This document shows, one piece after another, positions 52,416-62,791 of a stretch of DNA of 64,000 nucleotides (its first letter is position 1; every line of letters starts with the position of its first letter). The notes beneath the pieces are model-generated. The model had not been told where the DNA came from and ran no database searches. It saw only the letters and a list, made by a program, of their open reading frames with translations. A program made the position numbers and the translations under genes. The DNA comes from an uncultured Bacteroidales bacterium (GTDB lineage: Bacteria; Bacteroidota; Bacteroidia; Bacteroidales; F082). The stretch is taken from NCBI GenBank assembly GCA_900317155.1, contig ONFO01000021.1, positions 73,865 through 137,864 on the forward strand, written 5' to 3'.

Positions 52416-55409
52416 ATGAAACCATTCAAGTTCATACGGCATCTCTTGGTCTTGTGGCTCATGACACAAGGCTTGTTGGTGGAAGCGCAGCATTATGTGC
52501 CCCTCAACGGTGAGATTGACACCGTATTGAACTTGCCCCGATTGGGTGCTGACTCAGTATATTTGGTGAGCGAGTCGCTGACCGTCGTCGAAGGCGGTGA
52601 CCTTCATGTTGCGGCAGGTACGAAGCTGTATTTCGGACAATCGTCTTATCTACGCGTGGATGGCGGAAGACTTGTGCTTGATGGGCAGAACAACGACTCG
52701 ATTTATCTGCTCTGTTACGAGTTCTCCCATGATTGGGCAGGCTTACAGCTGAAGAACGTTGATGAAGCTGATTCGTTGCGGCTATCTTATGTCAACGTGG
52801 TTGGTGCATTGACGGCAGTGAATGCCTCCACAAGTAGCCATGTTGTTGTCAACCATTGCACGTTCAACAACTATTATGCGGGCAAGGGCATTGAACTGAC
52901 TGATTGTAGCGATTTTTTGGTAGACAGCTGTTTCTTCTATCAATGTGTCTCTGGAATTGAGTTGAAGGCTCGGTCTAAAGACAGCGAGAATAATCGTTTT
53001 ACGCACAACATCTTCGATCAAGGTCAAATAAATATTGAGATTTCTAACGTCGGCTATGGATTTAAATGCAATCGTAATCATGTTTCAGACAACTGTTTCC
53101 AAGGTGCGGCTACTGCCATAAGCTTCGAGACGGTTGGAGGCATTTCTGACAAGGAAGCCACAAATTATATAGAGAACAACCTCATTTCATCCGACTTGCC
53201 GGAGGGAGGGTCGGGCTATTCCTCCTACGGCATCAAGGCGGCAATGGATACGCTTGTCATCCGCAACAATGTGTTTTGGAGCAACGATGAGGCCGTCAGA
53301 ATGATGCGAGTTTGTCATCTGGTTTTTGAAAAAAACACATTTTTTGAGAATGAGATGGTGTTGACCAACCTCCAATCTTCAGGCTCTGTCGTCTTCATAC
53401 GCAATACCATCAGTGAAGCCAAGAAGCGGATTGTGAGTTTCCCTTCTGAGAAGTCGCGGATGAATGCCAACAACTTCTTGCATTACAAAAAAGATTTGAC
53501 TCTATTTGCCAATGTTTCGACGGAGAATATTGATATGCAAGGAAATTATTGGGATGCCGAGTCTGTGGCTGAGATTGAATCTGTGATTCTTGATGGCCAT
53601 GATTCGCCTTCTTTGGGAGAGATTGTTTATGAACCCCGATTGACGGAATGTGATACCATGGCTCCAATAGCACCGCCGTTCAGAGTGAAGAAGCAGTTTG
53701 TGAACAACAAGTGGTTGATCTCGTGGGATGAGAACTTGGAACAGGATGTTGATCATTATGCACTGTTTTATGGTAATTTCAATTATTATAGATTTGCACA
53801 TTGCATCGATGGGATTGAAGAGAATTCCTACATGCTTACGCCTCAACAGACGGAAAACCTAGCAGTTGTGGCTTGCGACCGTGATTTTAATCCAGATGTT
53901 TATGCTTCTGTCGGTCAAAGTGCTTATGCATTTGCCACTTATTATCCTTATGCTGGTCCCGATGGGGATTTTTGTGCTTCACAGTCAGGCTATTTGGTTG
54001 ATAATGCCAGTATTCCATACCAGTATAGCTATTTTGTTTGGCGTACTTCAGGCACTGGGGTCTTTTCCGACTCTTTGTCGTTAAAGCCTAGATATTATCC
54101 CTCTGATGCCGATTATGAAGTGGGCGAGGTGACGCTGACTTTACGTGTTACAAGCAATGGCACTACCAAAACGGATGCGATGCATATTGAACTTTATAAA
54201 GCACTTGGTGTTTATGCTGGCGAAGATGGTTTCAGTGGAATGAACCGTCCGCTTCCCCTTGACCAGGCTGAAGCATACAACTATGATTCGTTGCGCTGGC
54301 ATTCCATGGGCGATGGTCGTTTCGAGGATTCGTTGGCATTACACACACTCTATTATCCTGGAGCCGTGGACAAGGAGCAGGGGTATGTGGAATTGGTGCT
54401 TGAGGTCTGGTCATTTTGTGGCCATTCCTCTGATGTGGTTCGTTTCGATTTGTTCAAGGACTATATCCTTGAGGGTAGGACATGGTCGGATGGAACACTA
54501 CGCCCTAATACCCAAGTGATTGCTGCGGCTATGGACGATGACAATCCTTTTGTCTCTGGATTCTATCGTACTGTTTCTGATGAGGATGGCTTCTTTAGAT
54601 TTGATGCTTTGCTGCCCGATACTTATGTTCTTTATGCTTTCCCCGACACTTTGGATGTCGATGCAGCTGGTTGCTACTATCTTGGAGACCTTAAATGGAA
54701 CGAATCGAACATGATTGAAGTGGACGGTGATGTCTACGATGTGGATATTGAATTACCCCTGCGGATGCAAGGTTTCAATACGGGAGATGGTTGTATCACA
54801 GGCATGTTTGATATGCCAGAGAATCCTTTCAAGGCACGTGATTTCTATTGTCAACCTTGGTTGAGGGAAGGGACGGATGCTGAGTATTGCTCTGATGGTC
54901 TGTCAAATGTCGGGGTGTTGCTTCTCAATGCTGGCAAGCAGAGGGTGTTGGGCTTTGCGCTCACCGACGAAGCTGGTCATTTTCGGTTCAACCACTTGCC
55001 TTTAGGCACCTATCAGGTGATGGCCGATTTGCCGCGTTATGGTCGGGGGATGTGTGAAGAAATCACCCTCTCTGTGGAGCAACCTTCTGTCTCGGGATTG
55101 CATCTGTTTGTCAATCAAGAGGGGAGGGTGAACATGAGGTATGAAGGACCTGTCTCAGAGAAGATAGCACTTTGTTTGTATCCCAATCCGACAGAGAAGG
55201 AATTGTTTGTGGGCGGGTTGAAAGAAAATGAAATGTATCAAGTGGCGATTTCGAATGGCCTTGGTGTGTGTGTGATGCCTGAAGTAAAAGTGAAAACCAA
55301 TCTTTTGGGTGAGTTCGACATTAAGGTTGACGAGTTGCAGGCAGGTGTTTATTTTATTCAAGTCAAAGGCGCTTCCGAAAGCGTGGTGGCCAAATTTGTG
55401 AAGCAATGA
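52416..55409 (+). CDS. 997-aa T9SS cargo protein: right-handed parallel beta-helix, FN3-like module, twin W.(T/S).G.G.F.DS repeats, carboxypeptidase-regulatory-like domains, T9SS CTD
   Basis: Signal peptide. Beta-helix repeats (CTFNNYYAGKGIELTDCSDFLVDSCFFYQCVSGIEL...). Repeats FVWRTSGTGVFSDSLSLKPRYYPS...GEVTLTL and LRWHSMGDGRFEDSLALHTLYYPG...GYVELVL. The CTD is LCLYPNPTEKELFV...GVYFIQVKGASESVVAKFVKQ. Confidence 0.85.
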   Translation: MKPFKFIRHLLVLWLMTQGLLVEAQHYVPLNGEIDTVLNLPRLGADSVYLVSESLTVVEGGDLHVAAGTKLYFGQSSYLRVDGGRLVLDGQNNDSIYLLCYEFSHDWAGLQLKNVDEADSLRLSYVNVVGALTAVNASTSSHVVVNHCTFNNYYAGKGIELTDCSDFLVDSCFFYQCVSGIELKARSKDSENNRFTHNIFDQGQINIEISNVGYGFKCNRNHVSDNCFQGAATAISFETVGGISDKEATNYIENNLISSDLPEGGSGYSSYGIKAAMDTLVIRNNVFWSNDEAVRMMRVCHLVFEKNTFFENEMVLTNLQSSGSVVFIRNTISEAKKRIVSFPSEKSRMNANNFLHYKKDLTLFANVSTENIDMQGNYWDAESVAEIESVILDGHDSPSLGEIVYEPRLTECDTMAPIAPPFRVKKQFVNNKWLISWDENLEQDVDHYALFYGNFNYYRFAHCIDGIEENSYMLTPQQTENLAVVACDRDFNPDVYASVGQSAYAFATYYPYAGPDGDFCASQSGYLVDNASIPYQYSYFVWRTSGTGVFSDSLSLKPRYYPSDADYEVGEVTLTLRVTSNGTTKTDAMHIELYKALGVYAGEDGFSGMNRPLPLDQAEAYNYDSLRWHSMGDGRFEDSLALHTLYYPGAVDKEQGYVELVLEVWSFCGHSSDVVRFDLFKDYILEGRTWSDGTLRPNTQVIAAAMDDDNPFVSGFYRTVSDEDGFFRFDALLPDTYVLYAFPDTLDVDAAGCYYLGDLKWNESNMIEVDGDVYDVDIELPLRMQGFNTGDGCITGMFDMPENPFKARDFYCQPWLREGTDAEYCSDGLSNVGVLLLNAGKQRVLGFALTDEAGHFRFNHLPLGTYQVMADLPRYGRGMCEEITLSVEQPSVSGLHLFVNQEGRVNMRYEGPVSEKIALCLYPNPTEKELFVGGLKENEMYQVAISNGLGVCVMPEVKVKTNLLGEFDIKVDELQAGVYFIQVKGASESVVAKFVKQ

Positions 55410-58363
55410 ACGGGAAAGTGAATTGTAAAATATGGTTATGGCTTGTCGTTATGGCTTTCACATTGATGAAGGCTCAAACTGCTTTTGGGGGTGTATGGGT
55501 GTATGGCAATGTCTACGAGCAAGATTCTATTACTCCGATTGAGAATGCAACAGTGACCTTTTCAGGAGTAGATGTTGCTGGTGATACCCTTGTCTATCAG
55601 TTGTTTACTGATTCTTTGGGCTTTTATTCCGATTCTATCAATGAAGGATTGTATTCGATTTGGGCTGCTGCAGTTGGATATGAGGATGATTATCTTCTTG
55701 ACTCATTGTATGTTGAAGAAGACCAATGGTTGTTTGGTCTTGATTTCTATCTTCATGAGGTCTTTGTCGCTGTGCGTTATGTGGCAGCACGACAATTCAC
55801 TGATGACTTGGTGCGTCTCAGTTGGTCGATGCACGATCCCGAACTGTATGAGGGTTTTGAGTCGGGCGATTTCAGCCGTTTCAACTGGAACCATACGCTT
55901 TCCGATTTTCCATGGGTCATCGACTCCATCCATGCCTATGAAGGCGTGTATTGCATGAAGTCGTCTTGTGAAGGACAAGGTAATGGCGTCTCTCAAATTG
56001 AAGTCTCGGTATATATCCCTATGGCAGGTCGGATGTGCTTCTTCAGCAAGATTTCTTCGGAAAGTCCATGGGACATGGGGCGTTTTTATCTTGATGGCGT
56101 GAAAAAGATGGAGTGCTCGGGCGAGGAAAGCTGGACGGAACATCAATTCGACATCACGGTGGGCGAGCATGTATTTCGTTGGACCTATCAGAAAGATGCT
56201 TCTACAGATTTGGGCGAGGATTGCTTTTATGTTGACGGCATTCATTTCTATCAAGAGGACAGTACGAAAGCGACACGCTCTTTTCAATACTACGACCTGT
56301 TCCGTAGCCGTTTTGAAGAAGAGCCTGTAATGATGGCTTCGCATTTGGCAGATACCGCCTTTATGGACATGAACTGGAACAGCCTGCCTTGGGGCCAATA
56401 CCGCTGGGGGGTGAGCTGCCATTACGAGGGCAACCGCGGTAATTCAGATACCATTTGGTCGGCTTATCTGGACAAAGATATGACTACGACTCTTGAAATC
56501 AATGCTACCACCAATGTTGGGCAGCCACCTTTGGGAGCAGTGGCGACGCTTCTCTCTCAACAAGGCCATGAGTATCAAGGCACATTTGATGCCAACGGGC
56601 ATCTATTGTTGAATGGTGTCTACCGTGACGAGTATGAATTGAGGGTGCATCTTGATGGCTTTGTGGATTATGTCTCAGATTCGATGTTTTCTGTTTTTGG
56701 TCCGACACAAGTCGAGATTGAGTTGATGGAGGCTACGAATGGCATCGACAGTCTGTATGTCTCTTCCACGGGTTGGGCGATTTGGACCTTGGAAAATGGT
56801 CGAATTCGTGATTTGCAGCATTACGAGGTCATGTTGAATGGAGTGTTTGTAGGAACTTCCACGACGAATGACTTCCAGTTTGACGTCAGCAACCTTTCAG
56901 GAGGCGATACCTGTTGGGCTCAAGTGCGTCCTGTTTATCTCTCCGACACTTGTGATTGGTACGCTTGCGAGTGGGTGTATCATCCTTGCTCTGATTTCCA
57001 AGGAAGTACTACAGGTTTGAATTGGTCGCTGCACAACGAGGCTCTCCTCTTGTCATGGACCTATCCAGAAGGCGAGTTTATGGGTGCATTCTTGTATCGT
57101 GATGGTACTTATCTTGGCTTTACTGATGCCGAAACGTACTTGGACGAGACCGTCACGATGCATGATGAGGTGACATATTGTTTGCGTTTGGTGTATGGTG
57201 GAGCATTGGATGGTACCTATTATTCCATGTCGTGTGAGGAATGTACGATGGCAACTTTTCCCGCTTATTGTGACCCGCCTGCGAAATTGGATGGTGAGAC
57301 CTATTACGAAAATGATTCCGATCATGGTGCGTTGGTTTCGTGGGGTGAACGTCCTGAGCCGATTGAGCAATGGCTTTATTACGACGATGGTGTCAATAAA
57401 AGTACTTTGGGCGGAGATGGTGAACCTCGCATCTTCTGGGCCATCCGCTTTGATGTTGAAGACTTGGTTGATTATGTTGGTACGGCTTTAAGGAAAGTGT
57501 CACTCTACGACGTGGGTGCCGGTACCTATCAACTGTGGATTTATGTGGGCGGCGAATTGGCACCGCGTACACTAGTCCGTTCACAAAACATGAGCTTGAC
57601 AAACGCCCATGCATGGCATGAGGAAACCATTAGTCCCGAATACGAAATCCCTGAAAACGAACCACTTTGGATTGTTGTTGGGCAGCAAGGTTTGGCGCGT
57701 CCTGCTGCAGCATGTCAGGACATGGGTGATGCCAATGGGCGTTGGGTGTCGTTGGACGGTGAAACCTGGACTGACATGCATACCTTCAACATGTACTACA
57801 CCTGGATGCTGCGCGCCTTTGTCACCAACCAAGCGGGACGCGAGATGGCAATCGACAAGGAAGGCTACATCTTGCAGCAATACAACTTGTATCGCTCGTT
57901 CGACAATACAGACTATGAGCAAGTGGCATCTATTCCCGCTGTTGATAGTCAGTTGTATTACGAATATCGCGACAATCTTGCTGAGGAGACCCATGATGAT
58001 GTCTACTACCGCTTGACGGCTTTCTATTTGGCTGATGATGGCGAGACCTGCGAGTCTGATTATGCTGCTACTCTGAACGACCCGGAACTCAATTATGTGG
58101 CCATTGACCTTACCTCGGCCAAAGAGAATCTGGAATCCTCTTTTAAGCTGTATCCCAATCCCACAAATGGACTTGTTACCCTCGAGTTAGAGGGTTTGCA
58201 AAAGGTGATGGTTTATAATGCTTTGGGTCAAGTAATGCTCAACAAAGAGGTGATTGGTGATTATTTGCAACTCGATTTGTTGGGCTTCGAGAATGGTTTG
58301 TATTGGCTGAGGGTCAGTTCGCAAAATGGAGTGGTAACGAGGCGTTTCGTGCTTTCTCGTTGA
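55406..58363 (+). CDS. 985-aa T9SS cargo protein: carboxypeptidase-regulatory-like domain, jelly-roll (MAM/choice-of-anchor-like) domain, Ig/FN3-like modules, T9SS CTD
   Basis: Signal peptide. N-terminal segment VYGNVYEQDSITPIENATVTF...GLYSIWAAAVGYED. The CTD is FKLYPNPTNGLVTLELEG...GLYWLRVSSQNGVVTRRFVLSR. 4-nt overlap with the previous gene. Confidence 0.85.
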   Translation: MNGKVNCKIWLWLVVMAFTLMKAQTAFGGVWVYGNVYEQDSITPIENATVTFSGVDVAGDTLVYQLFTDSLGFYSDSINEGLYSIWAAAVGYEDDYLLDSLYVEEDQWLFGLDFYLHEVFVAVRYVAARQFTDDLVRLSWSMHDPELYEGFESGDFSRFNWNHTLSDFPWVIDSIHAYEGVYCMKSSCEGQGNGVSQIEVSVYIPMAGRMCFFSKISSESPWDMGRFYLDGVKKMECSGEESWTEHQFDITVGEHVFRWTYQKDASTDLGEDCFYVDGIHFYQEDSTKATRSFQYYDLFRSRFEEEPVMMASHLADTAFMDMNWNSLPWGQYRWGVSCHYEGNRGNSDTIWSAYLDKDMTTTLEINATTNVGQPPLGAVATLLSQQGHEYQGTFDANGHLLLNGVYRDEYELRVHLDGFVDYVSDSMFSVFGPTQVEIELMEATNGIDSLYVSSTGWAIWTLENGRIRDLQHYEVMLNGVFVGTSTTNDFQFDVSNLSGGDTCWAQVRPVYLSDTCDWYACEWVYHPCSDFQGSTTGLNWSLHNEALLLSWTYPEGEFMGAFLYRDGTYLGFTDAETYLDETVTMHDEVTYCLRLVYGGALDGTYYSMSCEECTMATFPAYCDPPAKLDGETYYENDSDHGALVSWGERPEPIEQWLYYDDGVNKSTLGGDGEPRIFWAIRFDVEDLVDYVGTALRKVSLYDVGAGTYQLWIYVGGELAPRTLVRSQNMSLTNAHAWHEETISPEYEIPENEPLWIVVGQQGLARPAAACQDMGDANGRWVSLDGETWTDMHTFNMYYTWMLRAFVTNQAGREMAIDKEGYILQQYNLYRSFDNTDYEQVASIPAVDSQLYYEYRDNLAEETHDDVYYRLTAFYLADDGETCESDYAATLNDPELNYVAIDLTSAKENLESSFKLYPNPTNGLVTLELEGLQKVMVYNALGQVMLNKEVIGDYLQLDLLGFENGLYWLRVSSQNGVVTRRFVLSR

Positions 58364-58381
58364 GCAAAGCTCTAAAATTCT

Positions 58382-58389
58382 TATCTTTG
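58382..58389 (+). promoter_or_regulatory. -7 promoter box TATCTTTG
   Basis: TAnnTTTG, 21 nt upstream of ATG 58410. Confidence 0.55.
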
Positions 58390-58409
58390 CCGCCGCAAAA
58401 CGGTAAGCC

Positions 58410-60362
58410 ATGATTTCAATCCAAAACCTGAGTATGCACTTCACAGGTGAAGACCTCTTCACCGACATTTCCTTTTTGATTCGTGAGAAGGACCGCATTG
58501 GTCTAGTGGGCAAAAACGGCGCGGGCAAGACTACGCTATTGAAACTCATTTGCGGATTGGAACAACCTTCAAAAGGTGATGTTATTATCCCTCAAGGTGT
58601 TACTATTGGCTATCTGCCTCAGGAGAAAAATGTGAACAGCGCGAAAACGGTTTTGGATGAAGCCCTTTCCGCTTTCGATGAATACCATCAATTGGAACGT
58701 GATTCGGAACGCTTGCAACAGGAACTGGCCGAGCGTACCGATTATGAAAGCCCACAATACGAGAAGTTGATTGTCAAACTGAACAATTTGAACGACCGCA
58801 TTGCTTTGCTTGGAGGTAACAGTATCGAAGGCGAGGCGGAAAGGATCCTTGTTGGTTTGGGATTTGGCCACGAGGATATGCTGCGTCCCATGCGCGAGTT
58901 CAGCAACGGCTGGCAGATGCGCGTGGAGCTGGCCAAGATCCTGTTGAAAAAGCCCAATTTGCTTCTTCTCGACGAGCCTACCAACCATCTCGACATCGAG
59001 TCCATCCAATGGCTTGAAGGCTTCCTGAATGCCTATTACGGTGCCATTCTGATGGTGTCGCACGACCGTGCCTTCCTCGATAATATCACTATCCGCACGG
59101 TGGAAATCTCGAACGGCAAAATCTATGACTACAAGGTACCGTATTCTGATTATGTCAGCCTGCGTGAGGAGCGTGTCGATATGCAGCGTGCGGCCTACGA
59201 GAACCAGCAGCGCGAAATCAAGAACATCGAAGCGTTCATCGAGCGTTTCCGCTACAAGGCGACTAAGGCCAAGCAGGTGCAGAGCCGTGTGAAATTGCTC
59301 GAAAAGATGGATGAAATCGTTATCGACGACATCGACAGCACGGCCATCCACTTCAAGTTCCCGCCTGCACCACATTCCGGCAAGGTTACACTGGAGCTTA
59401 ATCATGTTGGCAAGTCTTACGGCGACCAAGTTATCCTCAAGGACATCAACCTGCTGATTCCGAGAGGTGAGAAAATAGCCTTTGTGGGGCGCAACGGCGA
59501 GGGTAAGTCTACGCTTTCAAAAATCATCTGCGGTGTGCTCGACCATGAAGGCGAGGTGAAACTGGGTCACGAGGTCAAAATCGGATATTATGCCCAAAAC
59601 CAGCAGGACATGCTCGACATGAACAAGACCGTCTTCGAGACTTTAGATGATGTGGCTGTCGGTGACATGCGCCTGAAAGTGAAGGCCTTGCTGGGTTCGT
59701 TCCTTTTCCGTGGTGACGACATCGACAAAAAGGTGAAGGTGCTCTCTGGTGGCGAGAAAGCGCGTCTTTCTTTAGCCAAGATGCTGCTCTTCCCGACAAA
59801 CCTTTTGGTTCTCGACGAGCCGACGAACCACTTGGACATGCTCTCCAAGGATATCCTGAAGAACGCCTTAATCCAATATGACGGCACGCTGATCATCGTC
59901 TCCCACGACCGCGACTTCCTTCAAGGTCTGACCACTAAGGTCTACGAATTCCGCAAGCCCAACATCAAGGAATACATCGGCGACATTTATGATTTCCTGG
60001 AACAAAAGAATCTCAGCCACTTGAAGGAGTTGGAGATTGCTGCCAAACAAACCAAAGTCCAAGAAGTCGTACCACAGTCACAAAACAAGATTAACTACGA
60101 GCGCAAGAAACAGATTGACGCCAAGCTCCGCAAGGTCGACAAGGAAATTCTACGCCTCGAAGAAGCCATCGGCAAATTGGAAGCCGAGTTAGCCGAGCAG
60201 GATGCTATCATGGCGCATCCTGACGAGCATCCCGATATCAAGATCGACAACGACTGGTATTGGGCTTACGGCCAAAAGAAGGAGCAACTCCAAAGGTTAA
60301 TGGACGATTGGGGCGAGAAGCAGATGGAACGTGACGAGGTTTTGGCGGGATATGATAAATAA
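58410..60362 (+). CDS. ABC-F family ATPase (two ABC domains, no TM domain)
   Basis: Walker A GKNGAGKTT and GRNGEGKST, signature LSGGEKARL, and a coiled-coil C-terminal extension. Confidence 0.9.
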   Translation: MISIQNLSMHFTGEDLFTDISFLIREKDRIGLVGKNGAGKTTLLKLICGLEQPSKGDVIIPQGVTIGYLPQEKNVNSAKTVLDEALSAFDEYHQLERDSERLQQELAERTDYESPQYEKLIVKLNNLNDRIALLGGNSIEGEAERILVGLGFGHEDMLRPMREFSNGWQMRVELAKILLKKPNLLLLDEPTNHLDIESIQWLEGFLNAYYGAILMVSHDRAFLDNITIRTVEISNGKIYDYKVPYSDYVSLREERVDMQRAAYENQQREIKNIEAFIERFRYKATKAKQVQSRVKLLEKMDEIVIDDIDSTAIHFKFPPAPHSGKVTLELNHVGKSYGDQVILKDINLLIPRGEKIAFVGRNGEGKSTLSKIICGVLDHEGEVKLGHEVKIGYYAQNQQDMLDMNKTVFETLDDVAVGDMRLKVKALLGSFLFRGDDIDKKVKVLSGGEKARLSLAKMLLFPTNLLVLDEPTNHLDMLSKDILKNALIQYDGTLIIVSHDRDFLQGLTTKVYEFRKPNIKEYIGDIYDFLEQKNLSHLKELEIAAKQTKVQEVVPQSQNKINYERKKQIDAKLRKVDKEILRLEEAIGKLEAELAEQDAIMAHPDEHPDIKIDNDWYWAYGQKKEQLQRLMDDWGEKQMERDEVLAGYDK

Positions 60363-60387
60363 AAAACGGGGTTAAACCCCGTTTTTT
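60363..60387. terminator. Bidirectional intrinsic terminator between the ABC-F gene and sppA
   Basis: AAAACGGGG-ttaaa-CCCCGTTTT, with an A-run on one side and a T-run on the other. Confidence 0.8.
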
Positions 60388-60388
60388 A

Positions 60389-62176
60389 TCATTCAATAAT
60401 CATATCAAACGGCAACCGTGCTTGGATGCCTGTGTTCTTTTGCAGGTTGTCCAAGCTTTTGAAGTAATCGTAGTATGCTCCAAGTCTTTGCTTCATGGCA
60501 GCATCAAGTTGGTCGGAGCCGTTGCTGTTCATCGACTCCATGATGCGGGTGAAGAAGTCCTTCTGCTTGGGCCATTCGGTCACCTTGTAGTCATTGCCGA
60601 GGTTGGCTTTTTGGGCCGCGTAGGCGATGGCGTCTTCCATGTCGCCCAATTGGTCGACAAGGCCCAAACCAATGGCATCGGCACCTGCCCACACACGGCC
60701 TTGACCGATGCTGTCGACATAGCTTTGGGTCAAGCCGCGACCTTCGGCCACGCGTTTGGTGAAGTGGTCATAGGTGTTAACCACACTTTCTTGTAATTTG
60801 TTGTATTGGAACTCGGTGAGCGGCTCGGTGAAGTTGGGGAATTCTGCATTTTCGTTGGTTTTGGCCACATCGAAAGTCAGGCCGACCTTGTCGTTCAAAA
60901 AGCCCTTTGCATTCGGGAAGGTGCCGAACACACCGATGGAACCTGTGAGCGTGGTGGGGTCGGCGAAGATGTAGTCGCCCTTGGCTGAAATCCAGTAACC
61001 ACCAGAGGCAGCATAGTTGCCCATCGAGACGATGACGGGCTTCACTTCCTTAGTGAGGTCGAGCTCACGACCGATGATGGCCGATGCCACGGCACTGCCA
61101 CCAGGCGAGTTGACGCGCAGCACAACGGCTTTCACGTTCTCGTCTTCGCGGGCCTTACGGATGGTCTTGGAGAGATTTTCGGAGTAGATGGCCATGGTTT
61201 CATCTCCCTTGCCGTCGAAGATTTGTCCCGAGGCATAGATGATGGCAACCTCGTTCTTGCTCACGTTCTTGTCTTTATAGGATTTGGCATAATTGGCATT
61301 GCCGATGGCGTTGATGCTCTTGTTGCTGCCCGTCAGGCCTTTCAGTTCGTCCAACACTTGATCTTTGTAGTACAGGTTGTCAACCAAGCCGTATTCGAGG
61401 GCTTTGTTTGCATCGAAAGAGGTCTCTAAATTGTCTGCAATCATATTGAGTTGCTCAACACTGATATTTCGGCTTTGGCTGATGCCTTGTAGGATTTGTC
61501 CCCAGACTGTGCCCAACAGTTTGTCCATCTGCTCGCGATTGGCTTCGCTCATTTTGTCCAAGAAATAAGGCTCCACGGCACTCTTGAAGCGGTTGTTGGG
61601 ACCGCGGACAATCTGCATCTCAACATCGAGCTTGTCAAACAGGTGTTTGTAAAACGTGATTTGTGTGGCCATACCGTGCAAGTCGAGGGCACCTTCCGGA
61701 TTCAGGAGAATCTTGTCGGCAATGGAGGCTAAATAATAAGCGCTTTGCGAATAGCTTTCACCATAAGTGACAATGAATTTCCCCGATTCCTTGAACTCAA
61801 TGAGTTTGTCGCGGATTTCTTGCAAGGTAGCGGTGGAAGTGGGGATGCTGCTCAATTCCATGTAGATACCCTTGATGTTCGGGTCGGTCTTGGCATGTTC
61901 GATGTTGCGCAAGATGTCGTTCATACCTGTAGCATCAATCGATTCCATCGACTGAAAATCAATGGCTCCGAAAGGATTGTCAACCGTTCGGTCTGGAATA
62001 TCATAGTTAAGTTTCATGTAAAGCACGGAATTAGGCTTTACAGTAGTGGAAGTCTCCGTGTTTTTTGACATGTTGGAGATCATGGAAGAGACCACACCAA
62101 CCTTAATGAAGAAATTGATTACCAAAGCAATAAGAGTGCCGATGAATGCGGCGAGAACAACTTTTCCGAATTTCAT
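60389..62176 (-). CDS. sppA: Signal peptide peptidase SppA, 67K type
   Basis: N-terminal TM anchor and two ClpP/crotonase-like halves (second half ...VVLRVNSPGGSAVAS...GNYAASGGYWIS). The start is set at ATG 62176 (MKFGKVVLAAF). Confidence 0.85.
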   Translation of the reverse strand: MKFGKVVLAAFIGTLIALVINFFIKVGVVSSMISNMSKNTETSTTVKPNSVLYMKLNYDIPDRTVDNPFGAIDFQSMESIDATGMNDILRNIEHAKTDPNIKGIYMELSSIPTSTATLQEIRDKLIEFKESGKFIVTYGESYSQSAYYLASIADKILLNPEGALDLHGMATQITFYKHLFDKLDVEMQIVRGPNNRFKSAVEPYFLDKMSEANREQMDKLLGTVWGQILQGISQSRNISVEQLNMIADNLETSFDANKALEYGLVDNLYYKDQVLDELKGLTGSNKSINAIGNANYAKSYKDKNVSKNEVAIIYASGQIFDGKGDETMAIYSENLSKTIRKAREDENVKAVVLRVNSPGGSAVASAIIGRELDLTKEVKPVIVSMGNYAASGGYWISAKGDYIFADPTTLTGSIGVFGTFPNAKGFLNDKVGLTFDVAKTNENAEFPNFTEPLTEFQYNKLQESVVNTYDHFTKRVAEGRGLTQSYVDSIGQGRVWAGADAIGLGLVDQLGDMEDAIAYAAQKANLGNDYKVTEWPKQKDFFTRIMESMNSNGSDQLDAAMKQRLGAYYDYFKSLDNLQKNTGIQARLPFDMIIE

Positions 62177-62215
62177 GATGCTATGTTTTTGTTTGTTTTT
62201 AATCGAAATAGACCA

Positions 62216-62223
62216 CAAAAGTA
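62216..62223 (-). promoter_or_regulatory. -7 promoter box (TACTTTTG on the minus strand) for sppA
   Basis: 40 nt upstream of ATG 62176. Confidence 0.5.
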
Positions 62224-62256
62224 GCATTTTATTTATTAGTGTTTGTCACAAAACGT

Positions 62257-62264
62257 TATTTTTG
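62257..62264 (+). promoter_or_regulatory. -7 promoter box TATTTTTG for folK
   Basis: 15 nt upstream of ATG 62279. Confidence 0.5.
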
Positions 62265-62278
62265 CAAAAAATCTAGCA

Positions 62279-62791
62279 ATGGAAACCTGCTACATTCTCT
62301 TTGGAGCGAATATGGGTGACAAGAATCATATTTTTGCCCAGGCTTGCCAATTAATTAATAATAGGTGTGGCCGCATAGTGAAGGTTTCGGAGGCGTACGA
62401 GTCGGAACCATGGGGCTTTGAGGCTGATTCATGGTTTCTAAATCGTGTTATCGTATTGGAAACCGAACTAAATCCAGAATGCTTATTGGTTGAGTTGTTG
62501 GAGATTGAAAGTGAATTGGGACGTGTGAGATATGCCGACCGACAGGGATATGCTTCGCGTACAGCCGATTTGGATATCTTGTATTTTGGTAACCGCATCA
62601 TTAATACGGAGACACTAACAGTTCCCCATCCACGGTTGCATTTGCGTCGGTTCGCTTTGGAGCCGCTTTGTGAGGTGAACCCTGACTTCGTGCATCCGAT
62701 ATTGCAAATGACACAAGTGGAATTGCTGCAACTTTGTCCCGACGATTCTATTGTTAGAGTGATTAAGTCTAATAATGACGAAGAATTATGA
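62279..62791 (+). CDS. folK: 2-amino-4-hydroxy-6-hydroxymethyldihydropteridine diphosphokinase
   Basis: YILFGANMGD, TADLDILYFG and LTVPHPRLHLRRFALEPL motifs. The start is set at ATG 62279, downstream of the promoter box. Confidence 0.85.
   Translation: METCYILFGANMGDKNHIFAQACQLINNRCGRIVKVSEAYESEPWGFEADSWFLNRVIVLETELNPECLLVELLEIESELGRVRYADRQGYASRTADLDILYFGNRIINTETLTVPHPRLHLRRFALEPLCEVNPDFVHPILQMTQVELLQLCPDDSIVRVIKSNNDEEL

Noticed and set aside
55703-59429. Antisense ORFs 55703..56422 (239 aa), 57581..57994 (137 aa) and 58569..59429 (286 aa)
   Set aside because: They lie opposite the T9SS cargo gene and the ABC-F ATPase, both of which have strong motif support. Their translations have no recognisable features.
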